This document shows, piece by piece, positions 52,421 through 64,000 of a stretch of DNA of 64,000 nt (positions are counted from its first letter, which is position 1; the number at the start of each line of letters is the position of its first letter). Under the pieces are notes generated by a model that did no database searches, had not been told where the DNA came from, and saw only the letters and a list, made by a program, of their open reading frames with translations. Origin of the DNA: Pristiophorus japonicus (lineage: Eukaryota); assembly GCF_044704955.1 (NCBI RefSeq), contig NC_091987.1, positions 109,368,001 to 109,432,000 of the forward strand, read 5' to 3'. The translations under genes and the position numbers were made by a program.

Positions 52421-54264
52421 CACCTATTGTACTACCCAGGCCGGATTCATGTCCCAAGAACTTTAAAAAAAAAAATCCTATTTGTCCCGTGTTGTTTTTT
52501 TTCCCCTTCTCTCATCTCATAGAATGTTTTCCCCAGTCTAAAAACAGTAATGCCCGATAAGTACAGCCTCAATAGGGATTCACCCGTAACGCGGATATCC
52601 ACAGAAACAGTCAAAAGTCAGAGCCGAGGAGTTGACATTCTTAAAATATGTTTGCTGGCAAAATAGCCTTTTATCTGCTGGGAGTTTTACTAACTTGAAA
52701 AGCTGGTCCAGCACAAAACGGATCCCATGTAAAGTTAGGTCTGGTTCACGGATAATGGATCCAAAATCAGGAAGTTATTCTTACCTCGCTCTCAGTTCAG
52801 CTACTGCCGAACCTTCTTCACTACCCGAAAAATAGAAGCCACAATTTCACTGCGCTATTTTAAAGTAATATGTCATTTTACGACATCCACTTCACTTTTT
52901 AAAGTTTCTACATGTAGCCATTACACGTTGAGTAAACAAAGTTAAACTGTGAAAATAAAATAAAAACGTTTACATTTCCCCTTGTTAAACTGGCTACATT
53001 TTAAGTTTGATTCTAAAATGTTATTACAAACGTGCTGGAGACTGGGAGGAGTAGAAATGATTTTATTTAGTATTCTATCCTAAACTTTTCAGTTTCGTGG
53101 GGAAAGTCTGTGTATTAAACACCATACTCGTGGCGATACTCGCAATTATCGGCGAAGATTCCTCTCTGCGCTAAGCACAGTGATATCCTAAACCAGTTCT
53201 TCATAACTGGGGTTTCCGATTTCACTGTACAATGCGCTGAGGAAACCTTTCTCCGATAATGGGAGATTCTTGATTTGGTCTTATATATTTGCGTAATAAT
53301 CCTTCAGAAATCAATTTAAAAAATAGCAACTTTTCTCACAGAAATTATCTGGATTACTCAAGGACATTATGTGTTGTGGTAGAGGGCTTGTTTATTCAGT
53401 TAGGATGATACAAATTAGCACCCTCTCATTGGCTCCATGTTTGTGCCAACGAGAAAGTTCCACATCCACGGGTAGAGTTACATGGAAGGACATAGAATGC
53501 AGAGCACAGAAACAAGTTATTGGGTCCAACAAGCCCATGCTGGTGTTTATGCTCCACACGAGCCTCCTCCATCAACAGATCCTTCTCGGTCTCCCTGACA
53601 GCCTCAGCAGCGAGCAAAACAGAGGGCAGGTCAGAGCAAAACATCCCGACCGCAGACTTCACAAACTACACACTAGCTTGTTGTGTTTGTTGTTTCTATT
53701 CTGGTCACGGCGACCTCCATTAATATATATCGAGGGGTCACCGGCATGTCAAGCCGATTGTGAGCCACGACTGGCCAAGTTTTGCTGTAGGTGAGTCCAG
53801 GAAAGTGGCGATGTCACGCTGTGGGAATGATCTGATGCTCCCAGCGGGACACTGCAAAGGACAGCAGTAATTCCGTCTTGCCCAGAGGCCCCGACCTTTG
53901 GATTCAATATCAAACAGCACGATTTCACAAACTAGTTGCAACTCTGCAGACCGAGACTTACACTTTTAATGTATTGGGACACGCAGCCAGTCACACTCTC
54001 CCAGGATGGTCTTTTTGGATAGTTATGATGAGGGGTTTTGGACAGTTCATCCACCTATGATGAGGGGAAACAATCTTGCCGGCTCATCTCGCATCTGTTT
54101 CATTTAAAGGGAATGCGACCTTTAGCTTAAAAAAGGTGAGACACGATTTGCTCCACCTTTTTGGGGTTTAAAAAAAATAAAACGTGTGCTGTGGGCGGCC
54201 GTTTCTAACTTGCAGCCAGACTTGTTGGTGTGCGAGCAGTGTGGTGCCGACGCGAGGGCGCAGC

Positions 54265-56097
54265 ATGAGCTACTTTGTGGCGCTGTCCCGCAGCCACGGG
54301 GAGACGGTGCTGTCGCAGTACCAGGCGCTCCGCAGTGACAGGCTGCTGTGCGATGTGGTGCTGGTGGCCGAGGGCACCGAGTTCAACGCCCACCGCTCGC
54401 TCCTGGCCTGCGCCAGCGACTACTTCAAGTCCATGTTCAAGGGGCACACCCGCGAGTCGCGGCAGAGCGTGGTGCACCTGCACGCCGTGTCGGCCGGCGG
54501 CCTGCGCCACGTCCTGGACTTCATCTACAACGCGTGCCTGTGGCTGTCGCCCGAGAGCCTGCCGCAGACGCTGGAGACGGCCAGCTACCTGCAGGTGCTG
54601 GAGGCCGTGCGCCTGTGCTCCCGCTACCTGCTCGGCAGCCTGAGCCCGGCCAGTTGCTGCCAGGCGGCCAACATCGCCGCCCGCTTCGCGCTGGCCGACG
54701 CGCGGGCCGGGGCCGAGGCCTACATCGCCGCCAATCTGTGGCGGCTGCTGGAGCTGGGCGCCGAGGAGGCGGGCCTACTGGAGCTCAACCCCGAGTCGCT
54801 GGGCGCCGTGCTGGAGTCGGAGCAGGTGCCGCGCCTGAGGGAGGCGGCGCTGCTGTCGCTGGCCCTGGCCTGGCTGGGCCGGGAGCCGGGGCGGCGGCAG
54901 CGGCTGCCTCACGCCGGCCCGCTGCTGTCGCGCATCCGCTACGGCCTGCTGTCCGGGGCCGAGCTGGAGGCGCTGTGCTCGGGGGCGGGGGCAGGAGGAG
55001 AGCCGCTGCTGCAGGCGGCCGGGCCGCGGGAGCTGATCGCCCAGGCCTTGGACTACCACTCGGTCGAGAGCCGCCAGCCGCTGGCGCAGAGCAGCCAGAG
55101 CCGCCTGCGGGTGCTGGACGGGCAGCTGGTGGCGGTGGGCGGCGGCCGGCTGCACCAGGCCAGCCTGGGCCTCGTGTGGGCGCTGGAGCCGCGCACCAAG
55201 CGCTGGCGGCCCGTCACCCGCTGCGAGCCGCTCCTCCACCACTGCGTGTGCGTGCTGGCCAACTTCTTGTTCGTGCTGGGCGGCGAGGCCGAGGAGGCCG
55301 GGCCCAAGCAGCCGCCGCCGCACCAGCGCCGGCCGCCGGCCGCTGTCAGCGACCGGGTGCACCGCTACGACCCGCGGCTCGACCGCTGGAGCCGGCTGGC
55401 CAGCATGCGGAGCGGCCGGGCGCAGTTCTCGTGCTGCGTGCTGGGCGGCCGCATCTACGCGCTGGGCGGTCGCTGCGGGCCCGAGGTCCAGGGCCCAGCC
55501 GGCGCCTCGCTGCCCACCGTCGAGGCCTACGACTTCGCGGCCGGCCGCTGGGAGGCCGTCGCTGCCCGTCTGCCGCACCCGCTGCACGGCCACGCCAGCG
55601 CCGTCCACGGCCGCACCATCTACGTCTCGGGCGGCAGGTACGCCGAGCAGGCGGAGGCCAGCAAGGACATGCACTCGCTGCAGCCGCTGGACGGGGAGGG
55701 CCGCTGGGCCGCCTGCCCGCCCATGGCCATCGCCCGCTTCGGCCATCAGATGGCCACGGTGGGCGAGCGCGTCTTCGCCTTCGTCGGTATGTACGAGCCC
55801 TTTTGCGACATCGAGTACTACGACCCGGCGCTGCGCCACTGGCAGCGGCTGCGGCCCCTGCTCCTGGACCGCTCGTGCTACGGCCTGGCGGTGATGGACG
55901 CCCGCGTCTACCTGGTGGGCGGCAAGAAGTGGCACAACGCGCAGGAGGTGGCCGCGCAGAGCGCCGTCGTCTACGACACCGCCAGCGACACCTGGAGAGA
56001 AGTCTGTAAGCTGCCCCTGCCCCTGTGCGGCACCCAGTGCGGGGTGCTGCAGCTCCTGGACCTGCCCGAGGCCGAGGGCAAGCTCGGTATGGAGTAG
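54265..56097 (+). CDS. KLHL34: Kelch-like protein 34 (BTB-BACK-Kelch), 610 aa, uninterrupted CDS
   Basis: MSYFVALSRSHGETVLSQYQALRSDRLLCDV...AHRSLLACASDYF matches the recalled KLHL34 N-terminus; Kelch repeats with GG motifs; downstream of SMPX on the same strand, as in human. Confidence 0.93.
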   Translation: MSYFVALSRSHGETVLSQYQALRSDRLLCDVVLVAEGTEFNAHRSLLACASDYFKSMFKGHTRESRQSVVHLHAVSAGGLRHVLDFIYNACLWLSPESLPQTLETASYLQVLEAVRLCSRYLLGSLSPASCCQAANIAARFALADARAGAEAYIAANLWRLLELGAEEAGLLELNPESLGAVLESEQVPRLREAALLSLALAWLGREPGRRQRLPHAGPLLSRIRYGLLSGAELEALCSGAGAGGEPLLQAAGPRELIAQALDYHSVESRQPLAQSSQSRLRVLDGQLVAVGGGRLHQASLGLVWALEPRTKRWRPVTRCEPLLHHCVCVLANFLFVLGGEAEEAGPKQPPPHQRRPPAAVSDRVHRYDPRLDRWSRLASMRSGRAQFSCCVLGGRIYALGGRCGPEVQGPAGASLPTVEAYDFAAGRWEAVAARLPHPLHGHASAVHGRTIYVSGGRYAEQAEASKDMHSLQPLDGEGRWAACPPMAIARFGHQMATVGERVFAFVGMYEPFCDIEYYDPALRHWQRLRPLLLDRSCYGLAVMDARVYLVGGKKWHNAQEVAAQSAVVYDTASDTWREVCKLPLPLCGTQCGVLQLLDLPEAEGKLGME

Positions 56098-56429
56098 CGC
56101 AACCCCAGCCATTGCTCCCCTCACACAGCACAGGGATGTTGGAGGAGCGCATGGTCTTTCCGCACTCTTGTCCCTTACCACTGCAACCTTGAAGTGGACA
56201 AAGCACGACTGGATATATTCACGCAATGGAGTAAATTGTCATTACTACAAACCCACCAGTCTATTTTGTTGGCCATAGAGCGACAGGTGTCACATTTTGC
56301 TGTAGCTGAAATTACTAAACATCTTAGTAAACTGATTTTTTTTTAAAAGCTCGCATGGAAATGTCGTTATCCAGCCCTCCCCTTGCCCCTGCCCCCTCCC
56401 AAATTTTGACTGATCGCTTACTTTTGAGA

Positions 56430-56880
56430 GGGTGCAGAGATTTACCAGGGATAAGATACTTTGGTTATGTGGAGAGACTAGCAAAGTTGAGATTAACCTT
56501 CTCTTCTTTAAAAAGAGAACAAAGAAAGATTTAATAGAGGTGTTCAAAAGTATACAGGGTTTTGATAGTGGAAACAGTTTCTCCCTACCTACTCTATCAG
56601 GAGGGCCAGTAACTGGAGGACACAGATATAAGATAATTGGCAAAAGAACCAGGAGCCTTGAGAATTTTTTTATACAATGAGTTGTTGCAATTTGGAATGC
56701 CCTACCTTAAAGAGTGTTGGAAGCAGATTGAATAGTACTTTCAGAAGGGAAGTGGATATATACTTAAAGGGAACATTTGCTGGGCTATGAGCAGGGCGGT
56801 GGGACTAATTGGATAGCTCTTTCAACGAGCCAGCACAGGCAAGATGGACTGAATGGCCTCCTGTGCTGTATGATTCTATG
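56430..56880 (+). mobile_element. Old CR1 3' fragment
   Basis: DLIEVFK...GHRYKIIGKR; tgattctatga tail. Confidence 0.8.
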
Positions 56881-58646
56881 ATCTCTCTGAACAAGGCTTC
56901 CACAATCCTGTCTTCAGGTTTATGTGAATCTAATCGAAGGGTGCTGAAGCCTATAAATCCATATTACGCTCCCTGGTTACAGGGGGTCTCTGTGGTGCTC
57001 AGCTATCTTTTAATATGAGAAGGCCTCCACTTTTTTTTTACATTAACATGTTTCCAGCAGGTCCATTGGATGCTCGGGCAATTTAAAACAGGTCTTATTT
57101 GGATTGACATGACTCCAAAAGTTCAATACCGCTTTTTCATCCATCCACTTTGTAAACCACGTCCCAACATGATGGTAGAGCATGGTGAAAGAGTTAGTGG
57201 GGCACCAGAACAAACAATGCACGTGGTTAGAATCATTTGGTATAAATAGGATTCTGCAAATGACAAGCCTCCAAAATTCACAAGTAGCTTATGAAACTCA
57301 ATCAAGAGTTGCAATTTAATAATGGGGAGAAGGAAATATTAGTCAGCAGCATTATGTATTGCATTGTACAGTTCTATCTGTTCCCAATGGTATGTGCATT
57401 GTCAGGTTAGTGATATGGATCATATTTTATTTCAAAGGACGTAGTCCGATTTCAAGCATGACAAAGACAAATGTCACATGAGCTAACTTCAATGTTGCAG
57501 GCGGTGAAACCCAACAGCACTGCCTGTAGGAATGTTGTCGGGATTGACTGATCATTACAGTAATTTTCCAGTATTTTATGGCAATATTGAGATTAATTTT
57601 GCAGGATAGTCCCGATTCCACGGAATCTGCAGCCTGCAAGATTAGTACACCAGTTAGTTAGTTGCGATACTTGTTTTTTCACTTCTGTATTGGATAAAAC
57701 ACTAACTTGGGTCACTGAATCTTGGACCCTCGGACAAATGACAAAATAAAGTATTAATGTTTGAAAACAAGAATGTGGCATATGTGTATTGGAAATAAAC
57801 TACTTTCACAAAATGATTTAAACTCCCGACTATGAAAGAAAGATGTCCTAAAGCGTTACACAGCCAATTAATTAGTTTGAACTGTAGTCACTGTTAAGTA
57901 GACAAATGCAATAGCCAATCGTACACAAACAGCAATGAGATAAATAACCAGTTCATCTGTTTTGATGGTTTTGGTTGAGGAATCACTGGTGGCCAGGACA
58001 CTGAGAGCACCCTGGTTCTTTGCACCACCTGAGCAGACAGGGGGGACCCTGGGTTAAAGTCTCATCTGAAAGATGGCGTGGTAAAAGTTTGGCTGCATCC
58101 GTTTTCAGTTCCAAAATTGGTGCTGCGCAGGCAGTGCTTGCCCCAACCAGGCTTTGTTTTAATAAAGTTTAGTGAGCTGCTAGCGCCTATCACACCTCCG
58201 CAGGCAGGTCGCCCATCTTGCAAAGTTAATTTTGGGCTGCTTGCCTCACGGTTGACCCACAGGTTACCGGGGAAGGGGACAGCATGAATTGGATGATCGG
58301 GACTGGCAGAGGTTATTTAGGAGTGCTATGGAGCTTTACGTCTAGAAAACCTGAGTAGAGCAGACCCAACGCTTGGCAGAGAAGTTCTAAAACAGACGTT
58401 AGTTCTCATTAGCATATGCGAGGAGCCTAATGCCTGTTTTAGACGACCATCCTGGACATCTGAAAAATGGCCTGACCTAATTTCAGGTCACATGTTTTTG
58501 AAGCCTCCTTGGGTCATAGGACATTGGTCCCCAAAATTTGGTTGCACAAGAATTTCTATCCCAGCATCTCCGACAATGCAGCACATCCTCTACTGCTCTA
58601 AAATGTTAGCCTAGGTTATGAGCTTAAGTGCAATGGCGCTTGAACA

Positions 58647-59459
58647 TCATCATCATCATCATAGGCAGTCCCTCAAAATCGAGGAAAACTTACTTCCGCT
58701 CCAATAGTGAGTTCTCAGGTGGCTGTACCATCCAATATGGGAATTACAGTCTCTGTCACAGGTTGGACAGACATTAGTTAAAGGAAAGGGTGGGTGGGGA
58801 GTCTGGTTTGCTGCATGCTCCTTCTGCTGTCTGTGCTTTGTTTCTGCATGCTCTCGGCGACGAGACTCGAGGTGCTCACCGCCCTCCCAGATGCTCTTCC
58901 TCCAATTAAGGTAGTCTTGGGCCAGGGATTCCCAGGTGCCAGTGGGAGTGTTGCACTTAATCAAGGAGGCTTTGAGGGTGTCCTTAAAACGTTTCCTCTG
59001 CCCATCTGGGGCTTGCTTGTCATGTAGGAGTTCAGAGTACAGCGCTTGCTTTGGGAGTCTCGTGTCGGGCATGTGGACGATATGGCCCGCCCAACGGAGC
59101 TGTTCAAGTGTGGTCAGTGCTTCAATGCTGGGGATGTTAGCCTGATTGAGAACACCGACGTTGGTGCGTCTATCCTCCCAGTGGATTTGCAGGATCTTGC
59201 AGAGGCAGCGCTGGTGGTATTTCTCCAGCGCTTTGAGGTGTCTACTATATATGGTCCATGGCGTGGCCTTAGACAACGTGTTCCATTTTCCATATCAGTA
59301 AGGACAGACATCGACAACGAGGTCCAACACCGCCTCCAGTGTACCAGTGCAGCCTTCGGTCGCCCGAGGAAGAGTGTTTGAAGATCAGGACCTCAAATCT
59401 GGCACCAAGCTTAAGGTCTATAGGGCAGTAGTGATACCTGCCCTCCTATATGGCTGAAA
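58647..59459 (-). mobile_element. RTE LINE with 5' inversion, inserted in a SINE
   Basis: ORF 58659-59276 on minus; plus-strand upstream piece ~59270-59455; 10-bp TSD cgcttgaaca at 58637 and 59460. Confidence 0.88.
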
Positions 59460-60679
59460 CGCTTGAACAAATGACCTTATAACTCATGAGAGTGTTATCA
59501 CTGAACTGAGCTCACATTTGAGACTAGCCCAATGTGAAAAAAATCTCCTTCATACATCATTCCATATACAGAATCCTCCATGTACCATCCTACTATATTG
59601 AACTTTGAGTCATCCAACGTCTATGTATCATCTGAGCAATGCAATAAAGCTTAGCACCTTCACTGTGCAAGATTTCTTATTAAAGTAATACTATAGTGAA
59701 ATCTGTTATGTTTGCATCTACTTTTGCTGTGGTGTAAAATAATTCATAATAAAGAACAGGTTATAGATTATTCCATCTCTGAATAGGCTTCTGAACTCAC
59801 TGGTGACCTTGTTTATTCTAAGTGTTCAGTTATTCTCAACCTCCTGTTTTTACACTATGATTTTGACCTGGTCGCATCACTCTTGGGGCAAAAGCAGAAC
59901 TAGCATGCACACCCAAATATGTGCCGAGAGCTCTGCTCACTGATGGTGAAAGTTTTAATGTTAGTGTTACCAGCCTTAGATATTCTCTTGGGTATAGCAG
60001 TGCTGGTCACTTCTAAGTGTTGTGAATGTCTTTCATTTGAGGGTGTAGCTTTACTGCCCGCTATCCAATTACATGATGCTGTAACCCAGCAGTGTAACAA
60101 TAAGATCCCTCTGTGACCGGAATTGGATATTGCATCTTTCGCATGTGCGTTCACATGCCTTTCTCCAATCTCTGAAGGTAGACCGAAAAACGCTCCATTG
60201 AGATCAGGCCAGATACAAATTGTTAAGCTCCTTTATTGCAAGTGATCAAGTAACAGTCAAAGCAAATTCCACTTGCTTAGCTCAATCTCACTTCTCTCCT
60301 TGAAAACATGGGGAAGAAATAATAAACCACTCTGTGAGCTGATGTACTTTTTCTTGGTGGTACTTTTTCTTGGTGATACTTTTCTTTCAAGACTACTCAC
60401 TGCAAGAAATAACCTGCATTTTTAATATTGTGGGACAATCTAATGGAATAGATAGATTTATGGAACTAGTGCAAAAACTAGTTCTTAACTTAATGTTTAA
60501 AACAAAGAACCAGAGCAGAATATTAATGCTGAAGTTTAGATAGCTGGAAACCTAGCAAAGAGGGAGAATTTAGTATAAATGGCATCCAATTTGATATGGT
60601 GGTATGGAAAAGAACAAAAAAATGAACATCTCATTAACTGTCTAATGGGCTTTCAGGACTGTCCTAAATCAAGATTTAG

Positions 60680-60848
60680 GCATGCAGGGAGCAAGCGCAG
60701 GCAGCGGAAGGAGCATGTGGCAGACAGGACTCCTCACCCACCCTTTTCTTCAACCACTGTCTGCCCCACCTGTGACGGAGACTGTAATTCCCGTATTGGA
60801 CTGTTCAGTCACCTAAGAACTCACTTTTAGAGTGACTGCCTATGATGA
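60680..60848 (+). mobile_element. Short RTE 3' fragment
   Basis: CPTCDGDCNSRIGLFSHLRTH C2H2 end; gactgcctatgatga tail. Confidence 0.8.
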
Positions 60849-62339
60849 AATCAAGGTTGAAAGAATTGAAGCTTAGTTTTTGGGTGAGGCTAGAGCTTTA
60901 TGTAGTCTGGTTTAGTCTAAAAATGAAGGCATTACCAGAATACAGGACAGATATTGGGTCATCTTCACTGGTTGTGCAGATTAGAAAATTGGGACGTCTT
61001 GGTAATGTTGAGCATTTGATTCCTTCTGCCTATAATTTCCATCTGGCTGCATTTTGTGTGTGAGAATGCTTACACATATTTTGTGTCATAGCCTCATCAA
61101 GGTCCCAGAATACATATTTTTTTTTAATGAATACCTCTCACAAAATTTATGGCTTTTGTGCTGGGATTACATATTTTCCCTACAAAGTCCATTTTGAATG
61201 CGATGGAGTTGTTAAAGGGGAGCAGGTCTTGGATTTTTTTGTTTCAATATCTACAGTTTTTTTGGGGGGAGCAATTTTTACTCATTCGTTACATTAAGTT
61301 TGGTTTTAAACATCTCCCAAAGAAAGTTCTGTGTTGCCAACTAAGGCATGGGAAAGCAGACAGTACACCATTCATTTAGAGAACTTCAGCTGAACAGGGA
61401 CGGGTTTAAAAAAAACAAGCACATGAAAAGTGAATTTTCCACTATCCATTTTCATGGGAGCTCAGTGAGCCTCAAGGTATAAACTGCAGAATCCCATGGC
61501 GGGTACTAAATGAGGTAAAGTTTATGTTGGTGGTTGGTTTTGAGGTACCCAAAGTACAGTATTTCATGGGGGAAGTATGACTGAAGGCATGTGAGAGGGG
61601 TAAGTGGACACCTAATCCACACTGGCTGCACTTGACATTGTGTCACATCTGTACCTGCCGGTCTTGTAAAACTTGCTTGACAACACTCCATAGGGAGCCA
61701 GTTCCAGGGCTTTGCTGTCTACTGCAAAGACTCCTACAAAAGTTATCTGCAGCAGAAATTTCACTCTGACTTTTCAAATTATTTACAAATACAATTCAGA
61801 AAAGATTCCTTTAAATAAAATGTGATACAGATCTTCACGTCCCGATTTGTTCTGTAGAGAAAAGTTTTAATTTGTAAATTGCAGTCTTTGAGAGTTTAGT
61901 CGACTGCGAGTTTAGGAGTTGTTTTTTTTTAAAAAAGCTCCTTTTGCTCCATTATGATTTTATCCCCCCTTCATCATGCACCATTTCCTGACTTAAAGGT
62001 CAGACAGGGAACCTTTGCCAAACCCACTGCTACTCTTGATCTAGTTGCCAGGAATTTCTTCAGACACTCAAAGATGACTCCCCAATGTTTTTACCTACCC
62101 TGTAGGGAGTGTCTAGCTTACTAATCACAGCTCCCACTGCTGGCACTCCTTGCACTCAACAATATAGCACGTTCCAGTTGTAAAGTATACAATTGGCTGA
62201 ATTAGGATAAAAATTGGTCATCTTCTAAAACTACCATGGATTTCCACAGAATTTTTCAGATAACAAACTTTTCCATAACTGCTAACTGAGTGTATATTAT
62301 GCACATATGGATTTGATGAAAAATAAAAAAATATAATAT

Positions 62340-64000
62340 AAAAATTTCAAGAACTTTATTTGACTATAGATTACCATATTCATAATTATCTTTGCTTTTA
62401 AGCTGGTAACAATAAAATATACACAACAAATAACATACATTGTTGTCGAAAGATTCATGTTTGTATCACAAGAAAGACTACGTTATAACTCCATGCTACA
62501 CTTGCCACTTAGAAATAATGCAGTCTTTGAGAAACTTTCAAAATTTAAAACATTGAATGCAGTTCTTTACTAAGTAAAGTGCAAACCATAAAGCTGTTGC
62601 ACAGCAACAGATCTTATTCTTCAAAACAAGGTTATAACTACATCATCTTTAAAGCCTGTAAACTACACTCAAAGTAGAAATAATTTTCCTAATATCAATA
62701 CACTTAGTTTTTGGTCCATTACAAAAAAATCTGTCACAATGTACAGTACAACAGAGGCATAATGCTTGGTATAAGTGCCACAACTTGATATCCTTACTCA
62801 AGTATTTTTCTTTGAAATAATGACATTATATAAAACTTCACAATTCATTTGTCAGTACCCATGCAGTACATATATTTTTAGTTTTTACAAATGTCTCAGA
62901 TTTCATTCTTGATTTGGAATCCATCCAAACCAAGGGGTATTATTGTTTGCCTGTCTTTCATAGACTGAATTCATATCACATGTTCTGAAAGAAGGCCACT
63001 TTCCTGTTAACTTCCAGTGGACAGTGTTAGGAAAATGTTCAGCGTTTGTAATTTTAGAATATAATCTGGTTCAAAAAACAAACTTTTGAAATATTCTATT
63101 TTATAAAGTTCCTCCCTCCCATTCACGGTTGCAGATATAGCCTTTAAAACAAGCTTGTTGCACGCACAAAAAAGTATATAATCCTTCCGCTTATGATGCA
63201 TTTTTTTGTGTTTTTTTGTTTGTTGCTTAAAGCATTAGATTCCTGCACACATACACAAGTAACTGATCAATACAATGTGCGAAAAGGCCTGTTAGCATAT
63301 GTAGTCATTTGAGTACATAATTTACTTTTTCAGCGGCAGTGCAGGAATAATACCACACAATGCTCAAGTATAAACTACAGGCTTGCAGCAGCAATAGCAG
63401 CAACAGCAGAGCTTGTGATCATGAATACACTTAGCTGTTATTTGACATTAGGTTAAATAACCTGCAGAGACAACCTAGTTTCACTGCCTTCGGCCCAAGT
63501 TTAATTTTTTTTGAAAGCCAGACGAAAGTGTTATCGTTGGTCAAGATACTAAAACTAACTTGCTTTATACTGTATTAGGATTACATATTTTGGTTAATAT
63601 CTTGATAAGTCTTTTCCAAGACCCACTTTCCTTTTTAATCAGCAGTGATATAGCATAATCATTTGGGTTACATACAATTGTTCTGTTCATCCCAAATCAA
63701 TTACTTACTGTACTGCACAATTCTAAAGGTTATTTCCAATAATGCATTAAGTGCATGTATGTGTTGCATGTAATTTTATTTGAGGTTTTCTTCTTAAAAA
63801 AAAAGAAAATGTTCCCCAGTTCTAGCCTTTGTGAGATTGGATCAATGTAAATACGCAGAAAGTGCAATTTTTGTTTTTGTCCTTTGGTATATTATTTATA
63901 CTTTTTATTATCATGTGCAAAGAACTTCATTGTAACAATAGTTTTGTGTGGCAATAGTCATATTTTGATTTTTTTGCCGTTTGTGGATTTTCATGGTCTT
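62340..64000 (-). other. Probable 3' UTR of a convergent gene (CNKSR2 expected from human synteny)
   Basis: Repeat-free AT-rich tract with minus-strand AATAAA at 62355-62360; no coding sequence seen; identity is inference only. Confidence 0.4.

Noticed and set aside
54184-54264. 27-aa N-terminal extension of KLHL34 in the ORF track
   Set aside because: Begins at GTG; homology starts at ATG 54265
54348-56226. Long alternative-frame and antisense ORFs (553, 483, 286 aa) over KLHL34
   Set aside because: Expected by-product of extreme GC3; low-complexity Ala/Gly/Arg composition and no recognisable domain

Overview
Eukaryotic, repeat-rich vertebrate DNA; the CR1/L2/RTE/Penelope LINEs and DeuSINE-like SINEs suggest a cartilaginous fish (inference). 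Three host genes are recognisable: the 5' half of GTPBP8 (minus strand, coding exons 7143-7496 and 2771-2869, continuing off the left edge), a complete three-coding-exon SMPX (83 aa, 32897-35552, +) and KLHL34 with an uninterrupted GC-rich CDS (54265-56097, +). An AT-rich tract at the right end is probably the 3' UTR of a convergent gene (CNKSR2 by synteny only). The most unusual object is a pair of nested Gypsy LTR elements (19262-26632). The inner element is non-autonomous (gag + protease only); in place of RT/RH/IN it carries an antisense, internally deleted fragment of host NME5 and a CpG-rich segment of unknown origin. Also present: a complex local rearrangement (45462-51030), two 5'-inverted RTE insertions, and a MITE family whose internal hairpin keeps its pairing despite sequence change. 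Gene names come from recalled protein similarity, not from database searches.
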